Positions 38,202-51,924 are shown, numbered from the whole stretch's first letter. The stretch is DNA of 63,914 nt, filler included, from Octopus bimaculoides (GCF_001194135.2; 10 parts of 10 records of this genome joined end to end with filler, not necessarily neighbours in it), one strand, 5' to 3'. Program-made: numbers and translations. The notes: generated from the sequence alone by a model not told the origin.

Positions 38202-38514
38202 TGCCACTGGACTGGCTCCTGTGCAGGTGGCATGTAAAAACACCATTTGAGTGTGGCCGTTGCCAGTACTACCTGACTGGCTCTCATGCCGGTGACATGT
38301 AAAAAGCACCTTCTACAGTCTCGGAGTGGTTGGGGTTAGGAAGGGCATCCTGCTGTAGAAACTCTGCCAGATCAGATTGGAGCCTGGTGCAGTCATCTGG
38401 TTCGCCAGTCCTCAGTCAAATCGTCCAACCCATGCCAGCATGGAAAGCAGACGTTAAACGATGATGATGAGGATGATGATGATGAGGATGATGATGATGA
38501 GGATGATGATGATA
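38202..38514 (+). mobile_element. RTE LINE 3' end with (GAT)n tail at the start of a scaffold piece
   Basis: Reverse complement of the 33044-33365 sequence, ending GACGTTAAACGATGATGAT. Confidence 0.85.
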
Positions 38515-38516
38515 TA

Positions 38517-41140
38517 CAGTAGCGGATCAACAATATTGGGGCCCTGAAGCTTAAAATGTTATGCTCCCCTCTTTACAACCAGCAACAGTAGTGTAACATC
38601 CAATAAGGGTCATAGAATTTTCATGCCCTTGCAAGGAACTCCAGCCTTGAGGCCCTGATAGCCCAAATGGTGGAATGGTGATGTGGAGTCCTTAAAATGA
38701 GTGTGATAGTGAGCCCTTTTTCCACCAGAAACAAGGTGTGGGTAATATCTTTGTCCATGTGGTTGTTCCATGGCAGATCACCACAATTTTCTTTACAAAT
38801 TTAAGCACTACTTTTCAAAATGTGATTCACAAAGTCACTGGTATGAATAAATATTTTCCAGGCTATGCCTTATACGTTTAGAGTCATGGGGGTTGAAAAT
38901 TAGGGAAACGTTATATACATCCATGATGTATCATAGAATATAGACATAAAACATAACAAATACCACAGTCAACATAATCTAATATTAATCTTATATTTGT
39001 GGAGGCGCAATGGCCCAGTGGTAAGGGCAGCGGACTCGCGGTCATAGGATCGCGATTTCGATTCCCAGACCGGGCGTTGTGAGTGTTTATTGAGTGAAAA
39101 CACCTAAAGCTCCACGAGGCTCCGGCAGAGGAGGGTGGTGAACCCTGCTGTACTCTTTCACCACAACTTTCTCTCACCCTTACTTCCTGTTTCTGCTGTA
39201 CCTGTAATTCAAAGGGTCAGCCTTGTCACACTGTGCCACGCTGAATATCCCCGAGAACTACATTAAGGGTACACGTGTCTGTGGAGTGCTCAGCCACTTG
39301 CACGTTAATTTCACAAGCAGGCTGTTCCACTGATCGGATCAACTGGAACCCTCGACGTTGTAAGCGACGGAGTGCCATCAACAATCTTATATTTAAGATA
39401 CATGAAAATTACAAAATATTCATTTTTCTGTTTTTTGTAGCGACGTATTCCCGTACAGTCTTGTCATATGAGAGCTTCCTTGCAATATCATTTTCTAGAG
39501 ACAGTATGCATAAGGAATATAAGTGCTCTTCAGTCATGGTAGATCGAAATTTCTTCTTTATAATGGAAAGCTTTGAGAAATTCTTTTCTGCTTCACAGCT
39601 CATGATAGACATTGTCAAGTACAGCTTAAGTGCAGTGGTAATATTAGGGAACACTTCAACTAATTGTTACTCATAAATAAGCTGAAGAACTTCTGTGCAT
39701 TGCATTTTAGACGGTGTGTTTTCTTCTGTGTTCTGGGATTTCCTAAGGTGTAAATGCTTTTTGAACTGATAACACTCATTATTAATATCACCTTTGTAAC
39801 GCGATATTATAAGTGTGATACTGTTCTCATCAAATTTTGAATTGTTCATCAATTCTGAGAGCAACTTGAGCCTTTTCACAATCTGCTCATATGGGTCCAT
39901 CCTCTTGCTCAACTGGATTCTCAAGTAGTCATAGACTTAATTTGGAACTTCTATCCTAAATTTTTCAGCCCCTTTCAAAAAAGCCCTATCACTTGTTCCA
40001 TCTGCAAATTTCTTTGTAACGATGTGTTTGGAAACAGAATAATTTGAGGTGATATATTCACATAAACCTTTTGCTACCGATTCATAGTGTGCAATCCTGT
40101 CGGCTGAATTTTTTCGTAGTTCTTTAACAAATGAAAACAAAGATGCTAGCAGAAGGTAACCTTCAAATACATCAGAACCAAGGGTTTGGAGTTTCTTACT
40201 TGTTTTGTTAAAACACTCCATAACTTCTTCTCAAATGACTGTTTTAACAGCATATTCCAATTTTACCAACTTGTGGTATAAATTCTTTGCATCTCGCTTA
40301 CATTCAGGTTTCTCTTCTGAGTCTTCAAACAAATGTTTGAGAGTTTGTAAAATATCCCTACATCCATTTTTAATCGCCCAGAATGCTTCATTGTGTGCAG
40401 ACTATCTAGTTACACTTAATCTCTTTAGAGAAAACGCTAGATTGCCCTGTGTGCTTAAAATCCCCCATCTTTGAGGAGATTGAGTGTCAATGTGTGTCAC
40501 AGCAGGTGTGGAGTCAACAATAATTCAGTAATATTTGGTGTCAAGGTTGTTGATTTGATTCACCACTTCATCTTTCACATGTTTTCCCATGATTTCTATC
40601 AATTCTTCACACATGGATTTGAATAGGTAAATAATAGTTACTTCTTCATTTTTACATTTCTCATGTGAAAATGGATCAAACTCTACAATAAGCTAAATGG
40701 CTCCCATGAAAGTTCCATTGTTTGGGGAGCCCCACTTTTCTTCATGACCTCTAAATGCTAAACCTCTTTCACTTAAAAACTCAATAGGGGGTCTTAGAAT
40801 CTTCATGATAAGTGGAATGTTTGAGAGTACATCTTGATGTGTGTCAATTACCCATGGTTGAAATTTCATCAACATCGAAAATTTATGAATTTTCATAGGA
40901 GTTCTGCACCCTTTAAGCCATCTCAAATTGAAAGCAAACATACTGCATTATACCAGCCCTTATGCATTGAATCTAAGTTCCAAATATCATAAGGATCCAT
41001 TCAGTAATTTTGGTCCATGAAATTGTCTGAAACACACAGCATTACCCTTCTCTATAGGCTTGGATTTTGTGTTCCAAATTTCTATCAGTTTCTCCTTGTC
41101 AAACCAGTAAGTTATGGGGGATGTAAATAAACAAACAGCA
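38517..41140 (-). mobile_element. Internally deleted hAT DNA transposon (Blackjack/ZMYM1-like transposase pseudogene)
   Basis: Minus-strand fragments: FLSERGLAFRGHEEKWGSPNNGTF, IIVDSTP, SPQRWGIL, SCEAEKNFSKLSIIKKKFRSTMTEEHLYSLCILSLENDIARKL (hAT dimerisation domain). The TIR-like end CAGTAGCGGATC...GGGGCCC is at 38517. Multiple stops and frameshifts. Confidence 0.88.
38999..39382 (+). mobile_element. SINE family D (tRNA-derived, possibly octopus OR-type) nested in the hAT element
   Basis: tRNA-like head GGAGGCGCAATGGCCCAGTGG...TTTCGATTCCC. Exact 12-bp TSD AATCTTATATTT at 38987-38998 and 39383-39394. Confidence 0.92.
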
Positions 41141-41310
41141 GTTGTGAAGCAGTGATGTGGGAGAAACACAGAGAGAAAGACATACACATACACTTACGTA
41201 TATACATATANNNNNNNNNNNNNNNNNNNNNNNNNNNNNNNNNNNNNNNNNNNNTTAATTAATTAANNNNNNNNNNNNNNNNNNNNNNNNNNNNNNNNNN
41301 NNNNNNNNNN

Positions 41311-41311
41311 A

Positions 41312-41346
<35 letters not shown>

Positions 41347-43700
41347 AGAAGAAGAAGAAGAAGAAGGTGAAGAAGAAGAAGAAGAAGAAGAAGAAGAAGA
41401 AGAAGAAGAAGAAGAAGAAGAAGAAGAAGAAGAATGATAATACCAACACCAATACCTTTGCTACTACTTCTGCCACCACCAACACCACAGCACTACCACC
41501 ACCACCACCACCATTACTACTTCAAACAACATCATCGTAGATCCACAAACAGCATTCACGTCTCTCATTGCTCTCATTACTCGCAATATTATCAATTAAT
41601 ATAATGAAAATCTTTATTGCTGTCACAAAAGTGGATTGAAACTACCCCTATTGTAAATGTTATCAAAGCAAACAGAATTCCAGCTACCATTGGTGCAAGC
41701 ATCGACGACTTACATAATCATCATTGTCAGCAGCAAAAATACCACTGACAACATTGCCACCATGTGTAGGGACATCAAAACCTGTAGCACTATCAAAACC
41801 TCACTTATTTCCGCCAGTATTGATGCCCTAAAGCTGGTTGATTTAATTTGTCGCCCAGATTTATATCTTCATTGGACCACATCGGTAAGAGCTGGTTTTG
41901 TATATGTTTGCTCATGGACTTGCATAGTTAGTTTAGAGAGGCTGGCAGTTGCCTTTGGATACAACCCCCATCTTTCTAACCCAACGATGGTTAACCAAGG
42001 TAACTTTTACCACCTTAGGACCGATTCACCTTCAGATAAATGTTGTCACAAGCGTTGCTCTCAAGACAAAGACTTGGAACAAAATCCGCAAAACGTCTTC
42101 CAGGATGAGCTAAAACTTATGATAATTCACCGCCTTGGATCGGTATTTTCTTATTTCTTTATTGCCCACAAGGGGCTTAACGTAGAGGGGACAAACAAGG
42201 ACAGACAAGGGGATTAAGTCGATTACATCGACTCCAGGGCGTAACTGGTACTTAATTTATCGACTCCGAAAGGATGAAAGGCAAAGTCGACTTCGGCGGA
42301 TTTTGAACTCAGAACGTAAAGACAGACGAAATACTCGCTAAGTATTTCGCCCAGCGTGTTAACGTTTTTGTCAGCTCGCTGCCTTTAGATCTGTATTTTC
42401 TAATAGGCCGTGGAAGGACGAAAGTCAAAGTGTGACCTCGGTGAGATTTGAACTCAGAACGCAGATAATAGTCTATAAATCACAAGATCTTCTACCTAAC
42501 GCTCGGAAGACTCCGCTATCTTCACTTATTTACGCGATCACCTTGTTGTTGCCTATATTTAGCGATGCTACTCTATTGCAAGTATCATGTCTTAAGACAA
42601 GTCGCTTCCAACAGCCGTCGAGACTACTTCCCTTCGTCTGGCTATGTCATTAAAAATTCCTAAATAAAAATATCCCCTCAAGACCCCTAAGGCCGCAGAC
42701 ATTTCTACCACAATCAATTCTAGTAACCCAAGGGCCCATTATATCAAAATAATGACCACAATCATAACAATTGTTATTCCTATCACTGACACACAATTGT
42801 TGTCAACAGTAACAAACCACCATTAAAACTTATCTCACATTAGCACCGCCAATTCCATCAACACGATGCCTAGTTCTATTATCATTGGCATCATTAAAGC
42901 GCTCCAATTTCACCATCAGGTCTACAGTTATTACTCTTATTAAAATAAAATGTCGTCAACACCAGCCACTCTGTCAGAATAACAATCTGATCAATTATCT
43001 TTGCTACCATTAAAATGCATCACTATCACCAACATGGCAAGTAGCTTTCTAATCATTGTCACCACTGAACGATCATTAACACCACCATCCTCACCAATAT
43101 CCCTGCCCGTCCTATTATCATCGCTAACATTGAAACACGCTGCTGTCAGCACCACCACCAACGTTCGTTCTATTATCTTGACCGACTCAAAAATCACATT
43201 CAGTTTTACACCATCACCAACTCCACCGACATTTCAACAAACTGTTGATATATTCTACCTTCGACACCACTAAATCTAACAGTAGCACAGGCAGTTCTAT
43301 CGTCCACACCACAATTAAAATATATCGCCTGTAGTGTCACTACTAATTCCACCATCTCCATAGCCATTATTATTACCACTGTCACCACAAAAATACACCA
43401 CCACCACCACCACCGCCACCATCACCACCACCACCACGCTAAGATTACTACCAAAAAACATCACTATCAAAATCTATAGTTATCGTGTCACCATTAAAAC
43501 ATGTCACCTTCAATACTTCCAGCGGCATCAACACTACAAGCAATCCGATTATCATCGTTACCATCACCAACATCTCTACCAATGCCACTAGCCCCACCAA
43601 CCTCACCGTACCACCAACACCACCTGCACTGCCAACTACATGAACTTCACTAAGTCCACCAACATTAGAGCCATTATTAAAACACGGTCTCGTCAACACC
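41311..43700. repeat. (GAA)n array followed by long degenerate (ACC/ATC/AAC)-rich low-complexity DNA with embedded SINE pieces
   Basis: Directly visible. No long coherent reading frame. Confidence 0.75.
42140..42385 (-). mobile_element. SINE family B, near full length
   Basis: Reverse-complement match to 47298-47512, plus a 3' CCCACAAGGGGCT...GGGACAAACAAGGACAGAC segment. Confidence 0.85.
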
Positions 43701-43771
43701 TATGTCTTCAACACGCCCTGATCAGGGAATAATCTGTTTGATGGCTCAATCTTTAACGAGCAGCAACTTAC

Positions 43772-43868
43772 GTCTTTCTTAAAAATCACATTATAATATG
43801 TTGCAAAATGGGAAGAGAAATGAGATATCGTAGTTTCTGTGGCCAAGCTATTTCTTAGATATAATTCT
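43772..43868 (-). other. Candidate internal exon (97 nt; ELYLRNSLATETTISHFSSHFATYYNVIFKKD), gene unknown
   Basis: Strong acceptor TTTTCTTTTCCTTCTTAG, perfect donor GAC/GTAAGT, and a single open frame. No homolog recognised. Confidence 0.3.
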
Positions 43869-46476
43869 CTAAGAAGGAAAAGAAAACACATATCTTTTTC
43901 GAACACCTTCGATCATAGCTTCGAATCATTAGAGCTAAACTCGGACTATAGAAGGGACAACAACCATGCTTCCATTGCCATTGCATTTAATTCTACAAGA
44001 GTTGCAGCCAGAAGTATAGCACTGCCAAGCGTCATTACTACAATAATTGCCACAACGAGTGACCAGACCCTTAAAAGCTGCAACCTTCGAAGGGGATTTA
44101 GTTTGATCTAATTGTTCAATATTTCAGTAAAAATAGAAGACAAAAGAGAAAATGAAATCTCTCAAAATGAACTTGTAGCGACAAGCTTTGCAAAGAGAAC
44201 TAAATAGAGAGAGAGATAAGGAAAGATTGTCAGAATAAGAGAGAAGCAAAGAAATAGGAGAGAAAGAAAGGAAGAGAGAAGGAAAATAAGAAGTAAAGAA
44301 AGAAAATAAGCACAACGAGAGGATGGGCAAGGAGCAGAAACAAGCTTTGCAAAAGGAACTAGACAAAGAGGGATAAGGAAAGATAGTGAGATTAAAAGAG
44401 AAGCGGCGAGAGAGCTAGAAAAAGCGAAGGACTAAAGACAGAAAGTATAAAGAAAGAAAAAGAGAAGGAATGAAAGAAAGATTAAAAGGAAGCGCGAATG
44501 AATAAAGAGACTGACAGCATAGAGGAAAGCCTGGAAGAGAGAGAGAGAGAGAGATAGAGATATTTGTGAGCAGCAGGAAAAGATTTTGGTTATTTGCCTA
44601 TCACCCACCATTTGTTTTTGCGTTTGTCTCTTTCATTTGTTGGTTCTATTGTATTTTGAGTGTATATTTTGTTGGCAGCCATTTTCAGGACTACGGTGCG
44701 TATGTCTCATTTGATTGACTTGGAGGAGGCTCCTGCCACTGTTCTCATCTGATGAAGGAGACTACAATATAAAGCAAAAGATAGTCATAAAAACAATTCG
44801 TAAAAGATTGCAATGGGATTTGCTAGCCGGATCGTCGAAAGAATAAAGTAAATTGAAGGAGCTGAATAGAAGGAAATTTTGTGTGAAAGAGAGAGAAACC
44901 GAAAGATAAAAACAAATGTAAACAAATGAAATGTTACAAAACCTAACAAACAAAAATGACAGAAGTGAAATAATAAGAAGAAAAATAAAAAAGCAATGAG
45001 AACAGAAAAATAAAAAAATCAGAAGACATAAATAAATGTGAAAGAGAAAAATCAGAAACGAAGTAGAAAAGACAAACCGAATCGTTGAAATAATTTGAAG
45101 TAGTGGATTGTAACCATCGTATTGATCGTTATGGGCTGAGCAAAACCATGTGTAAACGGGTGTTTTATGTAGCTGTGCATGTACGGATCTACTTATATGA
45201 GCGTGTATATAGTCTATGTATACAGACACGCACGCACGCACACATACGCATATATACGCAAATTTATGTATGTGTATTTCTCTATGTAAGTAAATTCGCA
45301 TTCGTAGGGATGTACGGATGTTTATAAATGTACATGGACGTACATCTTTGAGTGTAGATATACACGAATACACAGCCGCGCAAGTAGTCATGTATGAAAC
45401 TATCTCTACGTCTATGGATATCTTCACTTAACAACATATGTGTGTGTGTGTGGGGGGGGGGCGGATTACGCTTATATAATTTTAAAGCATAATATATTAA
45501 CGGCCATGTACATATTGGAAATTATGTGCATGCGCACGGACACGCGAATGAGTATGATTGCATGTTCATACATATAAGTTATGAGGAATTGTGTGCTAAA
45601 AGAAAATCTCTACATCTTAATGTGAATCACTAATATCTGTACGTCTTATGTTGTACAATAACCTTGCCAGGGCAATGTATTTTGCAAGATCTCAGTCTAT
45701 ATTTTTTTCTTTTCCTCTTTTTTTTTAAAACAAATCCTGACAGTATGTTTAAGAACTTTTATCTTCTAAGGGTGTTCTTTTCTTTCATGAAATAATCCAT
45801 AATTTATGTCGTGTGTTATCTCGAAAAATAAATCCGTTTTTCACATCCGTAATACTGTATATCACTGTAAATGCGTTTGAGCTCTCAGCTTATTGAAAAA
45901 TGATGCTTTTTGCTTAGGTTACACATTTACGGGACTTTCCTGCAAAATGTCAAATGGAGATTACATAGTTCAGATGTGTTGACATGCTCCATTAATGAAT
46001 ATCGCACCTTGGTTGGTAATTGAAATAGATATCATACGCCATTGTTATTCTGACTACAGAGATTGAGAATCACGGATTCTTTCAGGTTTCTGACCTGCAT
46101 AAAATAAATTGATTATTTCCAAGGACTGTAATATGTTTTACACAAAAACAAGAGTACTCCTGCGTAATGTACTTCTTGGAGGTTGGAGAGAGCAGGAGTG
46201 CGACTAGTTTTTTGAAGTGCTGACACTTTTAATATATTTACGTGCGAATATTGTAAGGTTACTAAAACAATCCATTGAGCTGCACGGTGATGAAAGAGGT
46301 TCAATGCATCATTAATCAGCGTGAAATACTGTAACGGAGTTGGTGAACCGGTTGTTATATCATTTTCAGACAAATCACGTCTTGAAATTTAAATGATTCC
46401 AAATTTTTGCTGTTCTAAGTGATCCGCATTATATAATGATTATATAGTTGGTCTAGTTATTACTACATTTACATGT

Positions 46477-46861
46477 GTGTTGGCACCCCGTCGCTTACGA
46501 CGTGGAGGGTTCCAGTCGATCCGATCAACGGAACAGCCTGCTCATGAAATTAACGTGCAAGTGGCTGAGCACTCCACAGACACGTTTACCCTTAATGTAG
46601 TTCTAGGGGATATTCAGCGTGACGCAGTGTGAAAAGACTGACCCTTTGAATTACAGGCACAACAGAAACAGGAAGTAAGAGTGAGAGAAAGTTGTGGTGA
46701 AAGAGTATAGCAGGGTTCGCCACCATCCCCTGCCGGAGCCTCGTGGAGCTTTTTAAGTTTTCTCGCTCAATAAACACTCACAACACCCGGTCTGGGAATC
46801 GAAACCGCAATCCTATGACCGCGAGTCCGCTGCCCTAACCACTGGGACATTGCGCCGCCAC
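46477..46861 (-). mobile_element. SINE family D, full length
   Basis: Close reverse-complement match to 38999-39382. Confidence 0.92.
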
Positions 46862-46868
46862 TATACAC

Positions 46869-46917
<49 letters not shown>

Positions 46918-47297
46918 CACACATTACGAGTTGATATTAAATGAAGGAGCAGAAAGAAAAAATGTAGGACTCTGAATACATTTATTCATCCGTGTGTCTC
47001 TTGGCTCACTTGTAGAGATCATAATACATATAATTACCAACATTAAATGATTTATGTCATACTGGTAAGAAAGTTCTGAATCAACATTTAGATAAAGAAA
47101 AAAAGTGTTTAGTCATAATTCTTAAATCTTTAGCAATGGTCTCCTTGGAATTGTTATATCATAAAAAAAAAAAGATATAATCTGTACAAACTATTTTTAT
47201 TGTTCTTATTGTGTGAGTCTCGCTGTGTGTATATTTTGTATTCTAAGCTAGCAGCATGGATGGAATCAATAAGAATTAAAATAGTAGCCTTTAGTTA

Positions 47298-47512
47298 AAG
47301 CGGTGAGCTGGTAGAATCGTTAGAGCGCCGGGCAAAATGCTTAGCGGTATTTCGTCCGGCTTTTGCTCTTGGTTAAAATCCCGTCGAAGTCGACTTTTTC
47401 TCCCATCATTTTGGGGTCGATGAAATAAGCCCTAGTTGAGCACTGAGGTCGATGTAGTCGACTTACCCCATCCCCAGACTTTGCTGGCCGAGTACCAAAC
47501 TTTGAAACAAAT
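47298..47512 (+). mobile_element. SINE family B
   Basis: GCGGTGAGCTGGTAGAATCGTTAG A-box-like head, then CATTTTGGGGTCGATGAAATAAG...GGTCGATGTAGTCGACT. Confidence 0.85.
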
Positions 47513-47859
47513 ATGTTGGTTTACTGAAAAATATAAGTCATTTTAATTATTTTATCGGATAGGAGGTTTTGCTTCTGAATAATACTGCCATATTGTAGTA
47601 GAGCTTTTAGCATAAGGATTATAATAACAATTGCGTTGCTTTAAAGGATAATTCGAGATTCTAGAAAATAAGATATTTCTTCTGTAAAGGGGTTATTTAG
47701 ACTGGAAAAGGAACAGAATCTACCTTTTTATATTTTTAAAATAATTTTATCACTTTAGATTCGTAAAGTCAAAGTGGGGTTCATTTGTCCAGTTTAGTGC
47801 CTAAACCACTGTGTTTGGCGTTCTACACAGCCCTAACTTTATAATGGTTTGATCTAGGA

Positions 47860-48200
47860 GAGGGGGATCCAACCATCGTTCTGGGTGCACCTCCTTCGAG
47901 ACAAATGAAATTGGAAGAGGAAAATGATTTTATTGAAGAAATGCAAAATAATAGCTACTGGGAAATAAAGACAAGAAGCATATTCCAGTTAGGTAACTTC
48001 CTTGGTAACAAGACCTAGACAAATTGGTTAATACTTCGTCCGGGGAAGAGCGCACAATACGTATTACGAAAACAGGAGACGTGTGCCTGTAAGAAACCCA
48101 TGAGTGGCGTTGGCATGAAACTAGTCAACTTCGAGGGGCAGAAGCCATAGATATTACGCTAGAGAAGCAGCGTGAGAAGACAGCCGGTCAGTGGACGAAC
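47860..48200 (+). mobile_element. Degenerate LINE AP-endonuclease fragment (RTE-like)
   Basis: GAPPSRQMKLEEENDFIEEMQ...IFQLGNF resembles YAP...EEKDxFYExLQ...IxLGDFN. Confidence 0.55.
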
Positions 48201-48391
48201 TCTAGTGTTTCACTAAGCCGAAGTTCATTTCCTTGAATCTTGTTAAACTGTACCTTCGGCAAGCTGCATAGATTTTAGCACATCGAATATTTCTTAGGTT
48301 TCTCGCTACGCTGTTCTTTAAAATATTGCTAACTCTCAAAGATTTGATTTTTTTTTCAACTTCAAACACACGCAGTAGAGGTTTATTGTGA

Positions 48392-48422
<31 letters not shown>

Positions 48423-48677
48423 AACAAGGGTTAGAATTTAAATGGAGTGGCAAGTAATTATACTCTGAGATTCTAACAACTTGTTTACATCTTCCGATGT
48501 AATTTGCTTGATTTTTGTTCCTGTATTCAAAAGTAATAATTTAGAATAGAGTCCGAATACACAAAGAGTCCTATCACTTGTAGAACTGAGATATGCATAT
48601 AAAATATGAGCAAATATGACAACCGAACACTCAATTCATTCTATGCGTAGTGCTTTATAACATACCTGCATACGTAC

Positions 48678-48716
<39 letters not shown>

Positions 48717-49449
48717 NNNNNNNNNNNNNNNNNNNNNNNNNNNNNNNNNNNNNNNNNNNNNNNNNNNNNNNNNNNNNNNNNNNNNNNNNNNNNNNNNNNN
48801 NNNNNNNNNNNNNNNNNNNNNNNNNNNNNNNNNNNNNNNNNNNNNNNNNNNNNNNNNNNNNNNNNNNNNNNNNNNNNNNNNNNNNNNNNNNNNNNNNNNN
48901 NNNNNNNNNNNNNNNNNNNNNNNNNNNNNNNNNNNNNNNNNNNNNNNNNNNNNNNNNNNNNNNNNNNNNNNNNNNNNNNNNNNNNNNNNNNNNNNNNNNN
49001 NNNNNNNNNNNNNNNNNNNNNNNNNNNNNNNNNNNNNNNNNNNNNNNNNNNNNNNNNNNNNNNNNNNNNNNNNNNNNNNNNNNNNNNNNNNNNNNNNNNN
49101 NNNNNNNNNNNNNNNNNNNNNNNNNNNNNNNNNNNNNNNNNNNNNNNNNNNNNNNNNNNNNNNNNNNNNNNNNNNNNNNNNNNNNNNNNNNNNNNNNNNN
49201 NNNNNNNNNNNNNNNNNNNNNNNNNNNNNNNNNNNNNNNNNNNNNNNNNNNNNNNNNNNNNNNNNNNNNNNNNNNNNNNNNNNNNNNNNNNNNNNNNNNN
49301 NNNNNNNNNNNNNNNNNNNNNNNNNNNNNNNNNNNNNNNNNNNNNNNNNNNNNNNNNNNNNNNNNNNNNNNNNNNNNNNNNNNNNNNNNNNNNNNNNNNN
49401 NNNNNNNNNNNNNNNNNNNNNNNNNNNNNNNNNNNNNNNNNNNNNNNNN

Positions 49450-49489
<40 letters not shown>

Positions 49490-50690
49490 ACAGCACAGTC
49501 TGAAAAACAAATCATTTATTTCTATTGATTGACACCTTGTGTCAACTATGATTATAACAGTTACAACCATGACTAAACCGTTTTTTCCCCCGTAATCCTG
49601 TATTAAGACTGATTATCCAGTGTAGACACAGATTTGACTGAGTCGTTCAAAAGTTTGTGTTGCAGTTATGATGTTCCAGTTTTGCTATCACTGTATGACG
49701 TCCTGGTTTTGCTATCAACGTATGTCTGTATCAAACATTGATTCAATGCAAGCCTTGTGAGAGGAATTACTTTCACGGGAAACAGGTTGGAAGTTCTGAT
49801 GTGAATTGTTCGTTTAATTCAAATGTCCAAACTTATTTCATATTGTTTCGGAATACTCAGCCACTTAAACATTAATTCAACGAACCAGATAGTCAGTTCA
49901 TGAAGCCTTCGCAAAAACCGTAGTCTCATCTATCCTTTCTCTTTTTTTTTAGACACATGTAAAATTTAAGAGAAATTGTCTGCTACTTCCAGCATGCCTA
50001 GCGCTTAGAAAGAGCTCGCCGCATCCACACGCATAGGCAATTTCATTAGTAAATAGAGGTTGTGATTTGCATATTTACCCAAGATCATTAGTGAAGTAAG
50101 TGAAGCGAATGGCTACAACGGGAAATTGAAAGTGTGTTTGTAGACACGGGTCATTGGGAACTTATATTTTATTGTATACTGCTCGCCTCACCTGTCATAA
50201 ATTGACGCGAACTCACATAACACAATATTTAATCGACTTGATCATGGCGCCTTCTGTAAGCAGACATATTGTTGCAGTAATTCTGGAAAGATTATTCATT
50301 CAGGAAACGTCAAGAGCCATCAAATTCAGACACTGAAATGATCAATACAAGCTCCCAGGAGAAGCACAGTATTTTCTATGATACGTTAGAAATAATGTCT
50401 GATAGAGATTAGTTTGTCTTTCTTATCTTTATAGAATTCATGTCTTATACCGTGTCCTCCTAAACAACAACGAACACAAACAGCAGCATCAACAAAAGCA
50501 ACAACAGCAACAACATTAAAGGCAACAACAACGAATGGCTAATATAGACAAAAATGTCAACAAAAAATAGATATGTAAAAATATATATTTGGAACTTCAC
50601 AAAAATATTAAATATACTCATATAGACTCATACTCTTATTCGCACATAACTACACACGTAGACACACGAACTCATATATAGACACCCACA

Positions 50691-50741
<51 letters not shown>

Positions 50742-51326
50742 TTATATATCTATGTAAATAAACATACACACGTACAAAATAGAAAATATAAATACATAGC
50801 TACACAGACAAAAAACAGACGTACACACACACATACACATACACACAAACACACACACTCAAATACCATCAACAATCTTCAAGAAAATTATTATGTTTAA
50901 TAGAATATCATATATGTGCGTGGATATGAGTGGTGTGTGTGTGTGTGTACATAGAAGCATATACACACACTTATATGATAAACCATTAAACATAATAATT
51001 TACTAAAATATATTTGAAGATGATTATCTAAACCATAGCTACTTTTTTGATTGCAAATCTCAAGATAAACTTGTTTTTTAGTAGCACAAATCACTACTAG
51101 CTCTAGTTTGACAAATTTATGACAGTTATTGGTTTTCTTAATACCAATAGCCTTTATTCATGTTATGCGTCTGATTTTGTTTAGATTTTGTTCCTTAAAA
51201 ATATCCACTCTTCAGTCAGCAATATACTTATAATATTATTCCTCCGAAGCCAAACCACTTACGAAAGCTAATATCTTACTTTCTTTCTCTTCTAGTCTGA
51301 CAATCTATCTATCTATCTATCTATCA

Positions 51327-51372
<46 letters not shown>

Positions 51373-51430
51373 TTATCTATTTGTCTTTACCTCTCTGCTC
51401 CCTGTCTCTAAATATGCGTGTATACATATG

Positions 51431-51475
<45 letters not shown>

Positions 51476-51924
51476 TTATGATTGACTGCTAAATCCACAA
51501 GTTTTTATTTATTTTTTTATTACCTACCATTCTGTTTATTTCCTTATGTTCCTTTCTGTTGGAGAGCGTAGGCTCGGAACGTAAAAGTCTTTCCCATCTT
51601 CCGAGTGTCAAACTAATACACCTGTTGTTTATACATCCGACGTCACATGCTTTCATTACAGTTTAATTCAGTTCCTCAGGATTTACAGTTTGGTGGAAGC
51701 GTAGAACAAGCCTAATCTGTCACCTGTTAGTATCAGTGTAAGAGCTTTAAGAGAAGTGGAATATGGCTTCTGTGTGCTAGGCCTCTTTTGATCAACTCAG
51801 TTCACCCAGTATTAATGCCATGAAAGCGACACCAGCTACACTCTCTATTCTAAAAAATCATATCTTTTATTTCATTTTCTTTATAATTCAATACGAGATA
51901 TTCTTCTTTCTTCTTTATTTTTTA

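Noticed and set aside
7320-38514. Joining the RTE 5' end at 7.3-7.6 kb to the RTE 3' ends at 33.0 or 38.2 kb as one element
   Set aside because: No matching target-site duplication is visible between the flanks, and many copies of the family exist.
38999-39075. tRNA gene
   Set aside because: It is the tRNA-derived head of a SINE with a body, tail, TSD and second copy, not a standalone cloverleaf gene.
41657-42217. 186-aa + strand ORF
   Set aside because: It crosses degenerate ACC/ATC low-complexity DNA, ends inside a SINE B copy, and has no recognisable domain or splice context.
44762-45427. 221-aa minus-strand ORF
   Set aside because: Phe/Ile/Leu-rich product of A-rich low-complexity and (CA/TA)n sequence.
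50190-50335. LRR-like reading LMALDVS*MNNLSRI on the minus strand between plausible splice signals
   Set aside because: All three frames from the best acceptor contain stops, and the alternative shorter exon shows no recognisable homology.
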